Assembly (NCBI GenBank): GCA_037481775.1
Contig: JBBFKZ010000020.1
Span: 1 to 28,877, forward strand
DNA: 28,877 bases
From: Candidatus Bathyarchaeia archaeon
Lineage (GTDB): Archaea; Thermoproteota; Bathyarchaeia; Bathyarchaeales; Bathycorpusculaceae
Direction of reading: 5' to 3'
Shown here: piece by piece, positions 1-8,644 of the stretch
Numbering within the stretch: position 1 is the first letter of the stretch
Layout of the letters: the number at the start of each line of letters is the position of its first letter
Translations under genes and position numbers: made by a program
The notes under the pieces: generated by a model
Told to the model about the DNA's origin: nothing
Database searches by the model: none
Seen by the model: the letters and a program-made list of their open reading frames with translations, nothing else

Positions 1-665
1 GTAGCGGTTACGTTTTTGCCGAGCGCTTGCTGATAAACCAGCTCGAAGCGTTTTTCCCAATCCATCCTGCTGATGCCCGAGCCAAGTGCGTCAATTTCCT
101 CTTGCCGCGGCACAAGGCTAACCCGGTCAAACATGGGGTTAAGCCGCGCGTATGTTCCTGAACTATAGCCATAATCAACCTCACGGCCGTCCGAGGTCAT
201 GGTGTGAACGCGGGAGGGAAAATTCAAGTTCAGGATGTACCCTGTGAAGACGTCGAAATTTTTCCGTTTAAGCGCATAATTCACTAGTGCTCTTGCGCCG
301 CAGGTGAAAATCTGCTTCAAATGCGTCTGTGTTGCAGGCAGAACCTTCGCATGGCCTGTTGAGCCCCGCGTCATAACCCAGCATTCAGGCGGCTCTGACA
401 GAAGCGCTTTATAGTGGCCCTCCTGCACTTTAGATAGGTAGGGCGAAAGTGCCTTGTAATCAACTATTGGAAATTGCGTTTGAAACTCCGAGATGCCAGT
501 GATCCTGTCTGCGTCGTACGTTTTACCATAATCTGTGACAGCGTACTTTTTGAGGAGATCGTATAGAACGGCTTCCTGCGCTTTCTGCGGGTTCTCCAAT
601 GACTCATACCATGGGCCAATTATAGGCTTCAAAACCGCTGCAATGGCGTCTTCATTGAGCATCAT
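1..665 (-). CDS. GH3 auxin-responsive promoter family protein (acyl-adenylate-forming amido synthetase-like), 3'-truncated by window edge
   Basis: Absent from the ORF track because it has no stop in the window. Manual minus-strand translation from ATG 665 (or 662) is open to position 1: MMLNEDAIAAVLKPIIGPWYESLENPQKAQEAVLYDLLKKYAVTDYGKTY...FQTQFPIVDYKALSPYLSKVQEG...LLSEPPECWVMTRGSTGHAKVLP. This fits the GH3 N-terminal pattern P..Q..L..L....T.YG...F....P..Y..L.P plus a P-loop-like TxGSTG..K motif. Confidence 0.8.
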   Translation of the reverse strand, partial: MMLNEDAIAAVLKPIIGPWYESLENPQKAQEAVLYDLLKKYAVTDYGKTYDADRITGISEFQTQFPIVDYKALSPYLSKVQEGHYKALLSEPPECWVMTRGSTGHAKVLPATQTHLKQIFTCGARALVNYALKRKNFDVFTGYILNLNFPSRVHTMTSDGREVDYGYSSGTYARLNPMFDRVSLVPRQEEIDALGSGISRMDWEKRFELVYQQALGKNVTA

Positions 666-697
666 GGGCGCTTCGTTTACATTCTGTCTGAATTGCC

Positions 698-733
698 TTA
701 TATGCTTCGCCATGTAATAGTGAAAGCAGGTGA
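698..733 (+). promoter_or_regulatory. Shared divergent promoter region: TATA-like TTATAT (698-703) and SD-like AGGTGA (728-733) for the R15P isomerase gene
   Basis: 74-bp gap between the divergent starts (665 and 740) containing a single AT-rich box; AGGTGA lies 6 nt before GTG 740. Confidence 0.45.
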
Positions 734-739
734 AGAATC

Positions 740-1693
740 GTGACTCAGACAGCCCGCGTTGCCGCTGACAGGATTAGACGCCTCGAGGTGCAAGGCGCAA
801 GAAACGTGGCTATAACCGCTATAAAAGCACTCGAAGCCTTAGCCAAGGAAACAACAGCAGAAACACGGGAAGAATTCCTTAGGGAGCTCGAGGAAGCCCG
901 CGATTTGCTGTTTGAGTCGAGGACAACGGAGCCGCTTATGCGGAATGCTGTTCGATGGATAATCAGCCAAGTTGAAAGCAGCGGCGAAAGGCAGACCACT
1001 GCGCTTGCCAAACGGGTGTCCTCTGCGGCGACCCTGTTCCTAAAGGAGTTGGATGCTTCAAAAGACTGCATTGCAGAGATAGGCGCCAAGCGAATACGCG
1101 ATGGCATGGTGATTTTAACTCATTGCCATTCTTCCACAGTAACATATCTCCTAAGCAGGGCTAAAAAGGAAGACAAAACCTTCGAGGTTATATGCACGGA
1201 GACCCGCCCAGTCTTTCAGGGCAGAATCACCGCCAAAGAAATGCTGGAGCTTGGCGTTAAGACAACGTTTATTGTGGATTCAGCAGCGCGTTCACTTATA
1301 CGCAATGCTGATCTGGTTCTTGTGGGCGCAGACGCCATAACCTCCGAGGGAAACGTCATCAACAAGATAGGTACCAGCACCATTGCGCTTTTAGCCCACG
1401 AAGCCCGAAAACCCTTCTACGTTGTGGCGGAGCTGTTGAAGTTTGACCCCGCCACCGTCTGCGGAGAATACGAGCAAATTGAGGAGCGCAGCCCAGATGA
1501 GGTTTGGAAAAACGCGCCTGAGAAACTGCTGATCCGTAACCCCGCGTTTGACATCACAAGACGCGACTTCATTCATGGCGTAATCTGCGAGGAAGGCGTG
1601 ATTCCACCGCATGCCGTGGCAGAGGTTACTCGCCGGAGATATCCGTGGATTTTCAAGCAGCACTCTGCACGGTTCTCCAACGCCTGCTGCTAA
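740..1693 (+). CDS. e2b2: Ribose-1,5-bisphosphate isomerase (eIF-2B alpha/beta/delta family)
   Basis: Motifs EVQGA, THCHSS (catalytic Cys), ETRP..QG, VGADAIT (catalytic Asp), NKIGT and NPAFDIT; clustered with form III RuBisCO and AMP phosphorylase. Confidence 0.9.
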   Translation: MTQTARVAADRIRRLEVQGARNVAITAIKALEALAKETTAETREEFLRELEEARDLLFESRTTEPLMRNAVRWIISQVESSGERQTTALAKRVSSAATLFLKELDASKDCIAEIGAKRIRDGMVILTHCHSSTVTYLLSRAKKEDKTFEVICTETRPVFQGRITAKEMLELGVKTTFIVDSAARSLIRNADLVLVGADAITSEGNVINKIGTSTIALLAHEARKPFYVVAELLKFDPATVCGEYEQIEERSPDEVWKNAPEKLLIRNPAFDITRRDFIHGVICEEGVIPPHAVAEVTRRRYPWIFKQHSARFSNACC

Positions 1694-1736
1694 AAGCCAC
1701 TGCAAGCAGGCGCTAAAGTAACGCGAAGCACGGCGC

Positions 1737-3038
1737 TTATTCTGTTCGGCTGTAACTTCGCAGGTATGTCCAGCCCGCCTCGTTCGGCGTGGAGGATTCG
1801 TAAGTGCCGTAAACCCACAGTTTATTTCTGTAAACAAATAAGCCATCTGCGTCATAGCCTCTGTCGAAGCGATAGAGACTGCCCCATCGGGAGCCGTCAA
1901 AGGCGCCGATCATGCTTCGCCAGTTTTCATAATCGCTGTACCAGAGTACATATAGCCGCCCATCGAAGCCAGTGATGCTTGAAGTGGAGCAACGGTAGCC
2001 TTTTTCTGAGGGAACCGCTGTTAACTCGCTTAATGTGCCATCGGCGATATTAAAGCGTCTTAGAACCCAGCCGCCGTCTTTAGGCTCTGGAGATTTGAAG
2101 TAGCTGCTGCTCCAGAAAACAAACAGTTCATCTTGATATTTCACCGCGGTGGCGCCCCAGTTTTCGCCCGAGTCATCACCGGGAGATAGTAGGGTAACGT
2201 TGCTCCAGTTTTCGCCGTCAAAACGGCCAAGCCAAACCTCAGCATGCGGCTTATCCCCTGCGCCGGCGTTGATGCGCAAATTTTCCCATACAAACAATAG
2301 CTGATCATCCGCGGCAAGCGGTATCCAGCCATTCGGTTGCTGCGTCGGAAGGGCGAAGCTGCGTGCCTTGCTCCACGAGTTGCCGTTAAAAGTTTTGTAT
2401 GCAAAGCTGTTTACGAAGCGCCCTTGGGCATCGGTATTTTGGTAAATCAGCCAAACTTTGTTTGAACCCGCAACGTATATGGGTGCCCAATTATTGCCCA
2501 TTTCGTTTTCGCTTAACGGCGCTTCAGCTTCGCGCCAGCTACTTCCATCAAAAACCTCAAGGCGAGCACGCATTTTGACTTCAAAATTGGAGCCATCGGC
2601 TATCCACCATTCAGAAAGTGCAGCGTATAACTTGTCTTGGAAGACAAAAAAGCTTCCGTTAACGCTGATTTTGTCACCAGGTGTTGTCAACCAAGCGGGA
2701 CTGCTAAATTTGGCTCCGTCGAATACTACGTACATAATATCGGTTAAAGCGTTGTCTCCTGCACTTGTCTCGTTGGCGACGCCGCCTAAAGCGTTTTCGG
2801 TGATTACTGAGTAGAACATGTATATTTTATCTTCAAACTCAACGACCGTTGGAGCATTGCAGTTTACTGCCAAAAGCTTGCCCCATTCGCCCTCGTCCCA
2901 GGTAAGAGGCACTTCACGCGGAGTATTCAGGTAAACAAACAAGAACGCCGCAAAGGTTACCAGAATAAAAACGGTAGCAGAAACCGCGAGCTTCGACTCT
3001 GGATGTTCCTTCTTGTCGGCTGCCGCGTCGCTTTGCAT
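1737..3038 (-). CDS. Hypothetical membrane-anchored extracellular beta-propeller-like protein
   Basis: 433-aa ORF with an N-terminal hydrophobic helix (LAVSATVFILVTFAAFLFVYL) and recurring F(D/N)Gxx(W/F) blade-like motifs (FDGAKF, FDGSSW, FNGNSW, FDGENW, FDGSRW). Confidence 0.7.
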   Translation of the reverse strand: MQSDAAADKKEHPESKLAVSATVFILVTFAAFLFVYLNTPREVPLTWDEGEWGKLLAVNCNAPTVVEFEDKIYMFYSVITENALGGVANETSAGDNALTDIMYVVFDGAKFSSPAWLTTPGDKISVNGSFFVFQDKLYAALSEWWIADGSNFEVKMRARLEVFDGSSWREAEAPLSENEMGNNWAPIYVAGSNKVWLIYQNTDAQGRFVNSFAYKTFNGNSWSKARSFALPTQQPNGWIPLAADDQLLFVWENLRINAGAGDKPHAEVWLGRFDGENWSNVTLLSPGDDSGENWGATAVKYQDELFVFWSSSYFKSPEPKDGGWVLRRFNIADGTLSELTAVPSEKGYRCSTSSITGFDGRLYVLWYSDYENWRSMIGAFDGSRWGSLYRFDRGYDADGLFVYRNKLWVYGTYESSTPNEAGWTYLRSYSRTE

Positions 3039-3241
3039 TTAATAGGGCTCCCATTTGGCAGATTAGCAGTTGCACGTTATTAATACATAAGTGTATAAAA
3101 ATGTGCTCCATCAAACCTCAAGAAGTATTCGAGCAAAGATGCTAGACAGCTTCTCTTTTGGTGGATGAAACACGGAATTTGAGGATCACAAGAGAACATT
3201 TCAGATAAAGACGTGGAAACTGTAAAGGAGCCGTTGCCAGC

Positions 3242-4465
3242 TTATTCTTTCCAAAGCTCCAACGCGGCTTTAAGCTCCTTATGCGCCTTAGCGTATTCCT
3301 CTAAGCTTATTCCCCGCATTACTGCGTCAACGGCTTGCCGCATAGCGGTGGCGCCTGCGCGGGTGCCCGCCGTGTGACCGTGGATTCCGCCGCCGGCTTG
3401 GATAACAACGTCTTTCCCGAAGATATCCAATAGCGCTGGCACAAGCCGTGGATGTAAACCGCCGGAGGCAACGGGCATAACCGGCTTTAAGCCGTGCATG
3501 TCGGCTTTCAGCGCCGCGATGTTCTCGATAACTTCTGCGCGGGTTTCAGACATTTTACCCACTACTGTGCCCACATGAAGCTGGTCAACGCCGACAGCGC
3601 GCAGCGTCTTGGCGAGCACGCGCATGGCAATCCCGTGCTTCGGGTTCTTCGTGAACGTTGCATGCCCAGCCCTGTGTGCGTGGATAACCAACTTGAAGTT
3701 TTGGTCGCGCAATGTCTGCAACGCTGAAAAGCCGCATGTCAGGACGTCAACCATAACGTATTCTCCGCCGTGTTCAAGCACAAACTCAGCGCGCTTAAGC
3801 ATTTCCTCGGTCTCCGCCGTGATGTTTGCCATGTAAATTTTGCGTTCGCCGGTTTCCGTCTGGGCTTTGTCTCTGCTTTCAAGCGTCTTTATTACGCGGT
3901 CTTCGAAGGGGTTAAACCGTTGACTGCTTAGGTTCTCGTCGTCTTTGACTATGTCGCAGCCTCCAGCCCATGCCTCGTAGGCTACGCGGGCGTGATCAGC
4001 AGTTTTTAATCCCAGTTTCGGCTTGATTATTGTTCCCACTAATGGGCGCTCAGGAACTTTCAACAGTTTGCGGATTCCCGAAATGCCAAACTGCGGACCG
4101 TGGAAGCTTTTCACAAGTTCCGCCGGCAATTCTACATCGAGAAGCCGCAGATTCTTCAGCGCCTTAAGCCCGAAAACGTTTCCCGCAATGCTGCTCAGGA
4201 TGTTAGGCATATTTCCATTCTCAAAAAGCTCAGCGGGATAAGCGATCTTCACCACGTTACCGACTATGCTGAATACGCGTGCCGCAAGCGCTTTCACGTA
4301 AGGTTTCACGGTGGTAAGCTCGGTCCATGTGCCGATGGAGCTTTCAGCGGCGACGCCGCCTGCTGCTTCCTCTAGGCTAATACCGTCTGGCTCCACGTAA
4401 AAAGTGCAGATCAACTCGGTTTCTGCTGGCTTGTAGCTTAAATCCACAAAGTCTATGTACCTCAA
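3242..4465 (-). CDS. rbcL: Ribulose-1,5-bisphosphate carboxylase, archaeal form III large subunit
   Basis: All RuBisCO active-site motifs are present: AAESSIGTW, GNVFG, KPKLGL, KDDE (carbamylated Lys), HAHRAGH, HVGTVVGKM (loop-6 Lys), ASGG, AGGG. TTG start with SD GAGGAG at 4480-4475. Confidence 0.95.
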   Translation of the reverse strand: MRYIDFVDLSYKPAETELICTFYVEPDGISLEEAAGGVAAESSIGTWTELTTVKPYVKALAARVFSIVGNVVKIAYPAELFENGNMPNILSSIAGNVFGLKALKNLRLLDVELPAELVKSFHGPQFGISGIRKLLKVPERPLVGTIIKPKLGLKTADHARVAYEAWAGGCDIVKDDENLSSQRFNPFEDRVIKTLESRDKAQTETGERKIYMANITAETEEMLKRAEFVLEHGGEYVMVDVLTCGFSALQTLRDQNFKLVIHAHRAGHATFTKNPKHGIAMRVLAKTLRAVGVDQLHVGTVVGKMSETRAEVIENIAALKADMHGLKPVMPVASGGLHPRLVPALLDIFGKDVVIQAGGGIHGHTAGTRAGATAMRQAVDAVMRGISLEEYAKAHKELKAALELWKE

Positions 4466-4502
4466 AACATGCGTCTCCTCTGCTTAGTTTGATTGCGTTT
4501 TG

Positions 4503-4517
4503 CTTAAAATCTTTAAC
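4503..4517. promoter_or_regulatory. Back-to-back TATA-like boxes for the divergent rbcL and AMP phosphorylase genes
   Basis: TTAAA-ATC-TTTAA inverted repeat (4504-4516) centred in the roughly 85-bp gap between divergent starts. Confidence 0.5.
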
Positions 4518-4550
4518 TATCCAGTCGCCTAATCTAGCCTTGTGATCAGC

Positions 4551-6059
4551 ATGGAGCTTAAGGCGGAAATTTTGAAGATTACAGCTGGCGGGAAACGAAT
4601 TGCCATCATAGCCGAGGAAACCGCAAGTCTGCTTGGCGTGCATTCCTCGGATAGGATACGCATTGTGCATGGCGACCAGCAGATAATTGCTATAGCGAAC
4701 ATAGCCGCGCATTTTCCGCAAAATCGTATAGGACTTTACGAGGAAACCGCTGAAACACTCAAGCTAAGAGACGGCGAGGCGGTTGATGTGCAGTTGGCGC
4801 CTCTTCCGGAATCGCTCAAATACGTGCGGGACAAGGTGCATGGCAAAAGGCTTAGGGAGCAGGACTTGAAAACCATAGTCAAAGACGTCATAGAACGACA
4901 TCTAAGCGATGTGGAAATCGCAGCTTTCCTAACAGCGCTTGAGATTCACGGATTAAGCTTAGGCGAAAGCGAGGCGCTGGCGCGTGCCATGGTGGAAACA
5001 GGCAAAATAATAGATTTCGGTGAAGCATCCATACTGGATAAGCACAGCATAGGTGGGATACCAGGAGATAAAACATCGCTGCTTGTAGTGCCCATAGTAG
5101 CGGCTGCAGGCTTAACGATTCCAAAGACATCCTCGCGTGCAGTAACCTCGCCGGCGGGAACTGCAGACAGAGTTGAAACCCTATGCCCCGTAAACCTTTC
5201 AGTGGATGAAATAAAAACTGTGGTGCGAAAGACAAATGGGTGTCTAGTTTGGGGCGGCGCGTTAGATTTGGCTCCTGCAGACGACCTGTTTATACAAGTG
5301 GAATATCCGCTTGGAATTGACCCGCTGCTTCTGCCGTCCATTATGAGCAAGAAAAAGGCGATAGGTGCCACCCACATCGCGATTGACATTCCCACAGGCA
5401 GCGGCGCCAAAATCAAAAACATGACTGAAGCACATGCTTTAGCGGCTGACTTCGTAGACTTGGGCACGCGCCTAGGCTTAACCATCCAATGCGCCTTAAC
5501 CTTTGGAGAGCAACCATTAGGCTACGCTGTCGGCCCAGCGCTGGAAGCCAAAGAAGCATTAGCCACACTCATGGGCGACGGGCCAGCAGACCTCAAGGAG
5601 AAAGCAGTCACCATCGCTGGAATGCTTTTCGAAATGGTAGGCATCGAGAACGGGAAGCAAAAAGCCGAGCAAATATTAAACAGCGGAAAAGCGGAAAAGA
5701 AACTAAGAGAAATAATAGAAGCCCAAGGCGGAAACCCGCAGATAAGACTTAAGGACATACAAGTAGGCGCTGCCAAAGCAGAGTTAACCATTAACGAAAC
5801 GGGCAGAGTCTTGTGGATCAGCAGCGAGAACATAGCCCAAATTGCCAAAGTAGCTGGTGCGCCCAAAGAGAAGGGGGCGGGAGTAATGCTTAAGGCTAAG
5901 CTAGGCGATGTGGTGAAGAAAGGCGACGCTGTACTGGAGATTTATGCTGAACGAAGCAGCAAGCTGGAGGCAGCACTTGAACTTGCTAAGCGGCTTCAGC
6001 CCATCGTGCTGAGCAGGAAGACTGGGCAAATGCTTTTAGACCGCGTTCCCCTAACCTGA
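4551..6059 (+). CDS. deoA: AMP phosphorylase (thymidine/pyrimidine nucleoside phosphorylase family, archaeal type)
   Basis: Motifs DKHSIGGIPGDK, IPKTSSRAVTSPAGTAD, APADD, SIMSKK and IDIP.G.GAK, plus the N-terminal extension typical of AMPpase. ATG 4551 preferred over GTG 4542. Confidence 0.92.
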   Translation: MELKAEILKITAGGKRIAIIAEETASLLGVHSSDRIRIVHGDQQIIAIANIAAHFPQNRIGLYEETAETLKLRDGEAVDVQLAPLPESLKYVRDKVHGKRLREQDLKTIVKDVIERHLSDVEIAAFLTALEIHGLSLGESEALARAMVETGKIIDFGEASILDKHSIGGIPGDKTSLLVVPIVAAAGLTIPKTSSRAVTSPAGTADRVETLCPVNLSVDEIKTVVRKTNGCLVWGGALDLAPADDLFIQVEYPLGIDPLLLPSIMSKKKAIGATHIAIDIPTGSGAKIKNMTEAHALAADFVDLGTRLGLTIQCALTFGEQPLGYAVGPALEAKEALATLMGDGPADLKEKAVTIAGMLFEMVGIENGKQKAEQILNSGKAEKKLREIIEAQGGNPQIRLKDIQVGAAKAELTINETGRVLWISSENIAQIAKVAGAPKEKGAGVMLKAKLGDVVKKGDAVLEIYAERSSKLEAALELAKRLQPIVLSRKTGQMLLDRVPLT

Positions 6060-7811
6060 AGACGTGACATCAAATTGTTTAAGCTGATGCTGTCTGCGTT
6101 TGTAACGCTTGATTACCACCACAGCAACAATGACCATGGCAGCAGGCAGGATCACGGCTAAAGCTTGAAGCAACATGGCCTTAACGGGATTTACCACAGC
6201 AAAGCATACAGTTTCCGACGCGGCAGTGTTGCCGAAGCCGTCAACGGCGTAAACTGTCAACGCATAAGCGCCCTCAGCCAGCCCAACCAACGTAACATTC
6301 CCATCCACAGGCCTACGCGCATGACCATTCAAGCTATAGCCCATCCAAACCACCGGCCGATCCACCGCGAAAACCAAGGAAACATTCCCCGTCGCGTAAG
6401 TCGTGTTTTCAGGCGAAAGCACACGCACAAGCGGCGGCACCATACCATAGCCCGGCGGCAGAAAACGCTCAACCACACCACTGGCACCTACAAAATAGAC
6501 GAATGTTGGTGTGAAGCCGCCGATGGCATACAGCGTATCATTGTATGCTACCGCGCCGACGTATAGGCGTCCAGTCGGCATATTTGCGCCTCTAACCCAT
6601 GTGTCATTTTCAGGAAAATAACTGTAAGTATACCCCGCAGTGCACGGTGCGAAAACAGTGGGTATAGGATCTGAAGTGAAGACGCATATCATTTTTGGGG
6701 CCAGATAACCTGTCGTTGCCGCTGCGGCAGCATGATACAGCCCAGTAGGAGGCGACGCCAGCTCTGACCAAGAGTCATTTTCTGCATTGTAAATGTGCAG
6801 GTGGGAGTCTGATATCGCATATAATTTGCCATCTATGGTTACTAGGGCGTTGTTATAGTCCGCGCCAGGCAGCGCCGCCCTCTTTATCCAATTGTCTGCT
6901 TGCGGATCATAAGCATAGTGAGCGCCATCACTAACTACCACATGAATCATGTCGCCTAACACGGCCGCTGCAGCCTCATAATGATAACGACTCCTTTTCC
7001 TGTAGCTATACGCCTCCTCAGGCAACGGCGCACACGCCGACCACACATCCGCAACAGGATCATAAACCTCATTCACGCCCGTCGGACCCTCACCAGACAT
7101 GCCGCTTATACAGTAAACCCTGCCCCCATAAACAGCCACCCCAAAATAAGCCCTCCCAGTAGGCATAGCCCGCCTAGCAACCCACACACCCACAGCAGGA
7201 TCAAACATCTCATTAACGTCTACAACCGAAGGCGGAAAAGACGGCCAAGTAACCTCCGTAGAGCCGCCCATAGCATAAATCTTACCACCCACCACCGCCA
7301 CACCCAAGCCGCCTCGCTCAAAACTCATACTCGCAGTCTTTTCCCACTTGCCCGCGCCATCATAGGATGGCGGCGGAGGTATCGGTGGAACCGTCAAATT
7401 TGCCGTTTCAGTTATGCTTGCATAGAAGATAGTGTTGTTGGCAAGGGCTTGCTCAGGGAAAGTTACGCGTATCGTGTAGACGCCATTCATTGTCGGCGTA
7501 AAATAAAATTGCACTGAGCAATTTGGAAAAGAGTCGAATGGGCCATGGCGAGTGGTGAAGCCGTCGGGTTGATAAATCCAGATTTCGATGCCGCGGAAAA
7601 CTTCGCCGGCAGGCGGAGCGGGACTAACCTGTATGCTTATACGCACTTGCTGCCCTTTCTCCGCAACATCAGGCTCAACAGATAACGTCAAATCAGTGCT
7701 GACAAGCTGGGGCTGAGCCCCAACAACAAACGTCAGCGTTAGCATTAAACTGAAAGCAAACACAAAAATTAATCTAGCAACATGCAGACTATACATGTTA
7801 AGCGACTGCAT
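6051..7811 (-). CDS. Secreted, membrane-anchored Kelch-repeat protein with flanking Ig-like domains
   Basis: Signal-peptide-like N-terminus; Kelch repeats (GGKIYAMGG, GRVYCISG, DTLYAIGG, MPTGR...W); C-terminal Ig-like segment (WMGYSLNG...YAVDGFGN), TM helix and basic tail. Its stop overlaps the AMP phosphorylase stop convergently by 9 bp. Confidence 0.85.
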   Translation of the reverse strand: MQSLNMYSLHVARLIFVFAFSLMLTLTFVVGAQPQLVSTDLTLSVEPDVAEKGQQVRISIQVSPAPPAGEVFRGIEIWIYQPDGFTTRHGPFDSFPNCSVQFYFTPTMNGVYTIRVTFPEQALANNTIFYASITETANLTVPPIPPPPSYDGAGKWEKTASMSFERGGLGVAVVGGKIYAMGGSTEVTWPSFPPSVVDVNEMFDPAVGVWVARRAMPTGRAYFGVAVYGGRVYCISGMSGEGPTGVNEVYDPVADVWSACAPLPEEAYSYRKRSRYHYEAAAAVLGDMIHVVVSDGAHYAYDPQADNWIKRAALPGADYNNALVTIDGKLYAISDSHLHIYNAENDSWSELASPPTGLYHAAAAATTGYLAPKMICVFTSDPIPTVFAPCTAGYTYSYFPENDTWVRGANMPTGRLYVGAVAYNDTLYAIGGFTPTFVYFVGASGVVERFLPPGYGMVPPLVRVLSPENTTYATGNVSLVFAVDRPVVWMGYSLNGHARRPVDGNVTLVGLAEGAYALTVYAVDGFGNTAASETVCFAVVNPVKAMLLQALAVILPAAMVIVAVVVIKRYKRRQHQLKQFDVTSSG

Positions 7812-7858
7812 TTCTTTAATCCCCCGTCAGGATCACCCAAAGTTCACTTTTTAATTTG

Positions 7859-7870
7859 AAACAAAAAAAG
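7859..7870 (-). terminator. Oligo-T terminator-like tract after the AIM24 gene
   Basis: CTTTTTTTGTTT on the minus strand just after stop codon 7877. Confidence 0.45.
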
Positions 7871-7876
7871 GTGGAG

Positions 7877-8572
7877 TTAGCGGGCTCTGGATCGCACGCG
7901 CGGTTCAAGCAGCGTCCAAAGCCAATCCACGAACTCCCGTAGATTTTTAGTTTGGATGTAAACTTCGCCTGGACCAGTGATCTGCGTCACTAGGCCCTCG
8001 CCGCCAAGCAGCGTTTCTTTCAAGCCGCCGAATCGTGTGACTTTGTAACTGCAGGAGTCGCTGAAGCCTACAAGGTGAAAGTTGTCAACTATCAGCGTCT
8101 GCCCCGCTTCCAGCTGATGCCGGTCTATGGCGCCGAAAGTGTTAATGAACAAGTCGCCTGCGCCTGTAGCTCGAATCATGAACAAGCCCTGGCCGAATAG
8201 GCCCTTGGTGAAGCCTTCCCACTTCACATCCAAGTCTATGCTCGGCGTCGACGCTATATACGCTGATTTCTGTATGATGAAGCCTCTGCCAGGCGCCACT
8301 TCCAGCTTTTCTATGTCTCCCACGGGCGCGGAGACAAAACCCGCTTCGCCTGGGCCGTTAACGGCGGTGTAGTCGTTAACCCAGAAGGATTGGCCGCCTA
8401 TAATGCTTAAGCCCAAGCTTCCCAGCAGGCTTTTCTCTCTTTTCCGTGTGCGGGCTTCTATGGTAGGCGTCATGTATGTCATGGCGCCTGATTCAGCAGT
8501 TATAGTTTCGCCTTGATCCAAATGTACAACAAGCATCGAGTACGACGGTTTATACTTAATCTCATATTTCAT
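7877..8572 (-). CDS. TIGR00266 / AIM24 family protein
   Basis: MKYEIKYKPSYSMLVVHL..GE...AESGAM, GGQSFW.N, G.GLF, VDN.HLV.F and GGEGLV..ITGPG.VYIQT are the characteristic AIM24 pattern. ATG 8572 has SD GAGG upstream. Confidence 0.88.
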   Translation of the reverse strand: MKYEIKYKPSYSMLVVHLDQGETITAESGAMTYMTPTIEARTRKREKSLLGSLGLSIIGGQSFWVNDYTAVNGPGEAGFVSAPVGDIEKLEVAPGRGFIIQKSAYIASTPSIDLDVKWEGFTKGLFGQGLFMIRATGAGDLFINTFGAIDRHQLEAGQTLIVDNFHLVGFSDSCSYKVTRFGGLKETLLGGEGLVTQITGPGEVYIQTKNLREFVDWLWTLLEPRVRSRAR

Positions 8573-8644
8573 CGCGTTTTCCTCTCGGTGAAAGAGAGGG
8601 TCACGTGGCAAATAAGCTTTTAAGAAAACTCGATCAGCAGAGTG

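Noticed and set aside
535-717. 60-aa plus-strand ORF
   Set aside because: Antisense shadow of the GH3-family gene on the minus strand.
740-1693. Translation factor eIF-2B subunit or methylthioribose-1-phosphate isomerase MtnA
   Set aside because: It has THCHS rather than the MtnA THCNAG.LAT motif, and the pathway context supports R15P isomerase.
3242-4465. RuBisCO-like protein (form IV) or Calvin cycle interpretation
   Set aside because: All carboxylase residues are present and the neighbours are AMPpase and R15Pi; no phosphoribulokinase or small subunit in the window.
6165-7517. Plus-strand His/Arg/Pro-rich ORFs of 133 and 178 aa
   Set aside because: Antisense shadows of the G/T-rich Kelch gene.
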